Source of the DNA: Pseudoxanthomonas sp.
GTDB taxonomy: Bacteria > Pseudomonadota > Gammaproteobacteria > Xanthomonadales > Xanthomonadaceae
Assembly: GCA_039932615.1 (NCBI GenBank)
Contig: JBDTPP010000001.1
Location: forward strand, 4,854-68,853
Direction: 5' to 3'
Length of the DNA stretch: 64,000 nt
How positions within the stretch are numbered: the first letter of the stretch is position 1; each line of letters opens with the position of its first letter. The position numbers and the translations under genes are program-made. Positions 58,890 through 64,000 of the stretch are shown piece by piece. The notes under the pieces are model-generated. The model was not told the DNA's origin. It did no database searches and saw nothing but the letters and a program-made list of their open reading frames with translations.

Positions 58890-59679
58890 ACGGGAAGAAT
58901 AACTGACGCAGCGCTTCGCCCGGTTCGTCAGCGCGCATGAAGGTCTCGCCGACCAGGAACGCATTCACTCCGGCAGCGCGCATCCTGGCGACATCGTCCG
59001 CCACCACGATGCCGCTTTCTGTAACCAGCAGGCGATCCTTGGGCACCGCGTCCTTCATCGCCAGCGTATTGTCCAGCGAGACTTCGAACGTACGCAGGTT
59101 GCGGTTGTTGATGCCGATCAGGGGGACCGGCACCTGCAGCGCGCGTTCCAGTTCGTCGATGTCGTGCACTTCCACCAGCACGTCCATGTCCAGCTCCATC
59201 GCCAGCCCGGAAAGCTCGACCAGCTGGTTGTCGTCAAGGGCGGCGACGATCAGCAGGACGCAGTCGGCACCCAACACGCGTGCCTCGTAGACCTGGTACG
59301 GATCAATGGTGAAGTCCTTGCGCAGCACCGGCAGGGTGCAGGCGTCGCGCGCCTGCTGCAGATAGGCGTCGGCGCCCTGGAAAAAATCCACGTCGGTCAA
59401 TACCGACAGGCACGCCGCGCCGCCAAATTCATAGCTCATGGCGATCTCGCCGGGGCGGAAGTCGGTGCGTATCACGCCTTTGGACGGGCTGGCCTTCTTG
59501 ATCTCGGCAATCACCGCCGCATCGCCGGTGGCGATGCGTTCGTGCAGGGCAGCGGCGAAGCCGCGCACCGGCGAGGCCTCGCCGGTGCGCGCGATCAGCT
59601 CGACAAGCGGCATACGTGCTCTGCGGTCGGCGATTTCTTCGGCCTTGCGGGCGAGGATGGAATTGAGGATGTCGCTCAT
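58882..59679 (-). CDS. trpC: Indole-3-glycerol phosphate synthase
   Basis: [34 protein letters not shown]. Confidence 0.97.
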   Translation of the reverse strand: MSDILNSILARKAEEIADRRARMPLVELIARTGEASPVRGFAAALHERIATGDAAVIAEIKKASPSKGVIRTDFRPGEIAMSYEFGGAACLSVLTDVDFFQGADAYLQQARDACTLPVLRKDFTIDPYQVYEARVLGADCVLLIVAALDDNQLVELSGLAMELDMDVLVEVHDIDELERALQVPVPLIGINNRNLRTFEVSLDNTLAMKDAVPKDRLLVTESGIVVADDVARMRAAGVNAFLVGETFMRADEPGEALRQLFFPYE

Positions 59680-60110
59680 GGGGCAGTAGTGAGTGAAGAG
59701 GAGTGAGGAAAGAGTGATTGGGTGGAAACTGACGTCATTCTCAACTGCTCCTCGCTTCTCTTCGCCCGTTCGTCGCGATCCCATCCATAGGCGCGTTCGA
59801 CTCTTGCTACACGCAGTTCGTACTGGTCGTACCAATCGCTGCGTCCGCGTCCGCGGGTCGCGGCATGTTCAAGATGGCGGCGCCAGGCGAGGATGGCCTC
59901 TTCGGTTTCCCAATAAGACACGGTGATGCCAAAATCGTCCGACCCACGCGTGGACTCCACCCCCAGATAACCCGGCTGCTGCTGGGCCAGCTCTACGATC
60001 CTCTGCGCGGTGCTTCCATAGCCCTGCTCATCCCGCGCATTGCGTTGCGAGGAGAAAATCACCGCGTAATAAGGTGGCCTGGGCAGCTGCGCAAAACTGT
60101 TGTCGCTCAT
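59676..60110 (-). CDS. Antibiotic biosynthesis monooxygenase (ABM) domain protein
   Basis: [41 protein letters not shown]. Confidence 0.88.
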   Translation of the reverse strand: MSDNSFAQLPRPPYYAVIFSSQRNARDEQGYGSTAQRIVELAQQQPGYLGVESTRGSDDFGITVSYWETEEAILAWRRHLEHAATRGRGRSDWYDQYELRVARVERAYGWDRDERAKRSEEQLRMTSVSTQSLFPHSSSLTTAP

Positions 60111-61150
60111 GCCAGGTTCCTTTGCGCCAGCACGCGCGTAGTCGCCACGAAATCCTGCAGCCTGGCCATCGCCGCACCATTGCTGATGGATTCCCGGGAA
60201 AGCGCGATACCCGCTTCAATGCTCTCGGCCACGCCGGCCACATACAGCGCCGCACCCGCGTTCAATACCACGATTTCGCGCGCTGGGCCGGGGCGGTTGT
60301 CGAGCACGCCGAGCAGCATTGCCTTCGACTCGGCCGCATCCGCCACGCGCAGGTTGCGGCTGGCGGACATGGCGATGCCGAAATCCTCGGGATGCAGTTC
60401 GTATTCGGTGACCACGCCATTGCGCAGCTCGCCCACCAGGGTCGCCGCGCCCAGCGAGAGTTCATCCATGCCGTCGCGCCCCCACACCACCAGCGCGCGC
60501 TCGGCGCCCAGTTCGTGCAGCGCGCGCGCCTGGATGCCGACCAGATCGGGATGGAACACGCCCATCAGGATGTTGGGGGCGCCGGCGGGGTTGGTCAGCG
60601 GACCGAGGATATTGAACAGGGTACGCACGCCCATCTCGCGGCGTACCGGGGCAACCACCTTCATCGCGGGATGGTGCACGGGCGCGAACATGAAGCCGAT
60701 GCCGGTGCGGGCGATGGATTGGGCTACCTGCTCCGGCTGCAGCTCGATGCTCGCCCCAAGGGCCTCGAGCACGTCGGCGCTGCCCGATTTGGAGGACACG
60801 CTGCGGTTGCCGTGCTTGGCGATGCGCGCGCCGGCCGCAGCCGCCACGAACATGGAGGCCGTGGAAATATTGAAAGTGTGCGAACCGTCGCCGCCGGTGC
60901 CGACAATATCGACCAGGTGGATCTTGTCGGGCACGTCCACCATGCGCGAGAACTCGCGCATGACCGTGGCGGCGCCGGCGATCTCGCCGATGGTTTCCTT
61001 CTTCACCCGCAGTCCGGTGAGGATGGCCGCAGTCATGGCCGGCGAAACTTCGCCACGCATGATCAACCGCATCAGGTCGACCATCTCGTCGTGGAAGATT
61101 TCGCGGTGCTCGATAGTGCGTTGCAGGGCTTCTTGGGGGGTCAGTGGCAT
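60107..61150 (-). CDS. trpD: Anthranilate phosphoribosyltransferase
   Basis: [38 protein letters not shown]. Confidence 0.97.
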   Translation of the reverse strand: MPLTPQEALQRTIEHREIFHDEMVDLMRLIMRGEVSPAMTAAILTGLRVKKETIGEIAGAATVMREFSRMVDVPDKIHLVDIVGTGGDGSHTFNISTASMFVAAAAGARIAKHGNRSVSSKSGSADVLEALGASIELQPEQVAQSIARTGIGFMFAPVHHPAMKVVAPVRREMGVRTLFNILGPLTNPAGAPNILMGVFHPDLVGIQARALHELGAERALVVWGRDGMDELSLGAATLVGELRNGVVTEYELHPEDFGIAMSASRNLRVADAAESKAMLLGVLDNRPGPAREIVVLNAGAALYVAGVAESIEAGIALSRESISNGAAMARLQDFVATTRVLAQRNLA

Positions 61151-61161
61151 GTCGGTTCTCT

Positions 61162-61234
61162 GTACGAGCGGGCCCTGCCCGCGATGCTTTTTCGGGCGTG
61201 GAGGCAAGAGCATCGCGGGTAGGGCCCGCTCCTA
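61162..61234. repeat. GTAG-family REP doublet
   Basis: GTACGAGCGGGCCCTGCCCGCGATGCT ... AGCATCGCGGGTAGGGCCCGCTCCTA. Confidence 0.8.
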
Positions 61235-61257
61235 AAAGGGCGTGGGGTTAATGGGAA

Positions 61258-61836
61258 TTATCGTTCCAGGAAATTCTTCAACAACGCATGCCCATGCTCG
61301 GTCAGGATCGACTCGGGGTGGAATTGCACGCCTTCCACGGGAAACTCCCTGTGACGCAGGCCCATGATCTCTTCGAACGATCCATCTTCCAGCTCAGTCC
61401 AGGCGGTGATCTCCAGGCTGTCCGGCAAGGTGTCGCGATCCACCACCAGCGAGTGATAGCGGGTGGCCTCGTAGGCATCGGGCAGGTTCGCGAACACGCC
61501 CTCGCCTTCATGGCGGATGCGCGAAGTCTTGCCGTGCATGATGCGCTTGGCCCGGATCACGTCGCCGCCATAGGCCTGGCCGATGCTCTGGTGGCCCAGG
61601 CACACGCCGAGGATCGGTGTGCGCGGGCCCAGGCGCTCGATCAGCTCCAGCGACACGCCCGCTTCGTTGGGCGTGCACGGGCCGGGCGAAATGACGATGC
61701 GCTCGGGGGCGAGTTTTTCGATCTCGTCCACTGTCAGCGCGTCGTTGCGCACCACCTTGACCTCGGCCCCCAGCGATTGCAGGTACTGCACGAGGTTGTA
61801 GGTGAAGCTGTCGTAGTTGTCCAACATCAAGAGCAC
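61258..61836 (-). CDS. trpG: Anthranilate/aminodeoxychorismate synthase component II
   Basis: [32 protein letters not shown]. Confidence 0.95.
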   Translation of the reverse strand: MLLMLDNYDSFTYNLVQYLQSLGAEVKVVRNDALTVDEIEKLAPERIVISPGPCTPNEAGVSLELIERLGPRTPILGVCLGHQSIGQAYGGDVIRAKRIMHGKTSRIRHEGEGVFANLPDAYEATRYHSLVVDRDTLPDSLEITAWTELEDGSFEEIMGLRHREFPVEGVQFHPESILTEHGHALLKNFLER

Positions 61837-61911
61837 GTGCGGATCCCCGGATCAGTGTTCGGTATTTTTCAATTTGACTGCTTGAGCTTGGTCGAGCGTC
61901 GGCGGCATGAG

Positions 61912-62691
61912 TCAGTCGGCCAGCAGGAACACGGTATAGATCTTGTCCTGGAAGGTGACGTATCCGGTCTGCAGAGAAGTGACGCTATTCCCGCTGATTC
62001 GGCTACCGGTCACCTCGACCCTGTCCAACGACCTGCCGCGATCACCAGTTACTCCATTCCACTCGAAAACCTGCGGCCAGCTCCCGGCACGTATGCCGTA
62101 GTCGAATTGCGGAGCGACATCTGAAACGCTATACACACCACTGATCCGCGCGCCATACGCCTTGGCGATGATGTCCGCCTTCTCGCGCGAGGAATTGATG
62201 GTTTTTTCTCTGAGCGCTGAGCGCAGCGCAGGCTCATCGCTCAACTGGGTGCTGACCTCGGAAATAGTCAATTCCTTGGAGGTCTTTATGCCCCCCAGAA
62301 AGGATTCGAGTTGCTTCTGACTTGTGAACCGGGCTGCCAGGTTCCGGGCGACCTCGGTGCCCAAGAACACCTGGTCCTGGGTTCTCTGGTCGTAGCGTTC
62401 CTTGCTGTTGATGCTCAGCGAGGTAGCGACAATTGCATTGTCAGGGACGCCCGCAGCCCGCAACTGGACCAGAACCTGCTGCACGTTGGCTTCTACGTTT
62501 CGACGCGCCAGATCGGGATCCAGGTTCACCGATTGGAAGTTGAGCGTGATCTTGAAACGATCCGGAATCGCGCGTGCCTGCGCGTCCCCATAAACCAGGA
62601 TGTGTCGGGTAGGCGGCAGCGCGTTGACCTGGGCACATGCATCACCAACGGCAAGCAAAGCAAGCAATAAAAGGATCGTCCCGGCTTTCAT
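61912..62691 (-). CDS. SIMPL (DUF541) domain secreted protein
   Basis: Signal peptide, ILVYGDAQARAIPD, REKADIIAKAYG, VYSVSD. Confidence 0.85.
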   Translation of the reverse strand: MKAGTILLLLALLAVGDACAQVNALPPTRHILVYGDAQARAIPDRFKITLNFQSVNLDPDLARRNVEANVQQVLVQLRAAGVPDNAIVATSLSINSKERYDQRTQDQVFLGTEVARNLAARFTSQKQLESFLGGIKTSKELTISEVSTQLSDEPALRSALREKTINSSREKADIIAKAYGARISGVYSVSDVAPQFDYGIRAGSWPQVFEWNGVTGDRGRSLDRVEVTGSRISGNSVTSLQTGYVTFQDKIYTVFLLAD

Positions 62692-62788
62692 CGTGAAATC
62701 TCCTGTCTGTCTGATGGGAAACGCCGCGGATGCTGCGCTGCCTCCATGCAACGTCCCGCACCTGGTTTCGGGGTTCGGCTCGCGATGC

Positions 62789-64000
62789 TCATAGCCCCTT
62801 CGCCGCCTCAGCCACCGCCCTGAACAACGCCCTGCCCTTGTTCATCGTCTCATCCCATTCCTTCTCCGGATCCGAGTCGTAGACGATGCCGGCACCCGCT
62901 TGCACATGCAGCCGCCCTTCCTTGATCACCGCGGTGCGGATCGCGATCGCGGTATCCGCATCACCGTGCCAGCCGATGTAGCCGATGCTGCCGGCGTAGA
63001 CGTTGCGTTTTATCGGCTCCAGCTCGCGGATCACTTCAAGCGCGCGGATCTTGGGCGCGCCGCTGACCGTGCCGGCCGGGAACGTCGCCCGCAGCACGTC
63101 GGCATAACTCAATCCAGGCAACAGCTTGCCGGTGACCTCGCTGACGATGTGCATGACATGGCTGTAGCGCTCGATCTTGAATTGTTCACCCACCTGCACC
63201 GTGCCCGCCTCCGACACTCGGCCTGCATCATTGCGGCCCAGGTCGATCAGCATCAGGTGCTCGGCGCGTTCCTTGGGATCGGCGAGCAGCTCGGCTTCCA
63301 GCGCCAGGTCTTCGGCATGGGTCTGGCCACGCGGGCGCGTGCCGGCGAGCGGGCGCACGGTAACTTCATCACCCTCCAGCCGCACCAGGATTTCCGGCGA
63401 CGAACCCACGACTTGCACGTCGCCGACATCCAGGAAGTACATGTACGGCGAAGGGTTCAGCGCGCGCAACGCCCGGTACACGTCCACCGGCCGCGCACTG
63501 AACGGCACGCTGAGCCTCTGCGACAGCACCACCTGGAAGATGTCGCCGGCGCGGATGTATTCCTTGGACTTCTCGACCGCCGCGATGAAGCCGTCGTGGG
63601 TGAAGCCGGAAACGAAATGACTTTCGTCCAGCACGTCGCGGGTGATCGGTGCCGGATAAGAACCTGGCTGGCGCAGCTTGGTGGTCAGTGCATCGAGCCG
63701 CGACTGCGCGTTTTCCCACGCGCCCTCATCGCCCGGATCGGCGTGCACGATCAGGTACAGGCGACCCTTGAGGTTGTCGAAAACCGCGAGTTCTTCGGAA
63801 AGCATCAACAGGATGTCGGGCGTATCCAGCTCATTCGGCTTGTCGCCGCCGGCCAACCGCGGCTCGATGTAGCCGATGCATTCGAAGCCGAACCAGCCGA
63901 CCAGCCCGCCCGTGAAACCGGGCAGGCCTTCCAGCTTGGGTACCGAATGCGAAGCACGCAGCGCTTCCACTTCGGCAAAGGGATCGGCGACCTCGCGGCT
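62789..64000 (-). CDS. trpE: Anthranilate synthase component I (5' part runs off the window)
   Basis: GDIFQVVLSQR, NPSPYM, SSPEIL, AGTRPRG, EHLMLIDLGRND, GTVSGAPK, QAGAGIV. Confidence 0.97.
   Translation of the reverse strand, partial: SREVADPFAEVEALRASHSVPKLEGLPGFTGGLVGWFGFECIGYIEPRLAGGDKPNELDTPDILLMLSEELAVFDNLKGRLYLIVHADPGDEGAWENAQSRLDALTTKLRQPGSYPAPITRDVLDESHFVSGFTHDGFIAAVEKSKEYIRAGDIFQVVLSQRLSVPFSARPVDVYRALRALNPSPYMYFLDVGDVQVVGSSPEILVRLEGDEVTVRPLAGTRPRGQTHAEDLALEAELLADPKERAEHLMLIDLGRNDAGRVSEAGTVQVGEQFKIERYSHVMHIVSEVTGKLLPGLSYADVLRATFPAGTVSGAPKIRALEVIRELEPIKRNVYAGSIGYIGWHGDADTAIAIRTAVIKEGRLHVQAGAGIVYDSDPEKEWDETMNKGRALFRAVAEAAKGL

Overview
GC-rich chromosomal window from a Xanthomonadaceae (Lysobacteraceae; Pseudoxanthomonas/Stenotrophomonas-like) bacterium, judged from gene order and protein sequences. 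The housekeeping flanks are fba-pyk-pgk, rimI-pssA, proS, an MCE/Mla-type ABC system, etf-QO, scoAB and etfBA on the left, and metB-cbs, upt/pilU-maiA-FAH, tRNA-Gln, rpsI-rplM, coq7, sugE with a guanidine-II riboswitch, speD, clp and trpE-G-D-C on the right. They enclose a ~22 kb variable surface-glycan locus at the etfA-metB hotspot. The locus contains: (i) Wzm/Wzt(+CBM) export with a NodS-like N-methyltransferase coupled to a 1435-aa NodB-like/GT2/coiled-coil/GT2/GT4 protein, whose coiled coil is built from 84-bp (28-aa) tandem repeats; this is a candidate Nod-type chain-capping system with a length-variable molecular ruler; (ii) a GDP-D-glycero-alpha-D-manno-heptose pathway and several methyltransferases; (iii) a GT2/flippase/GT-C glycosylation operon whose GT-C C-terminal domain is paralogous to the adjacent lipoprotein; (iv) two divergent paralogous copies of an unknown secreted two-gene cassette around a decayed IS3-family element. 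No CRISPR array, rRNA or prophage was seen. All calls come from reading motifs by eye; no database searches were run.
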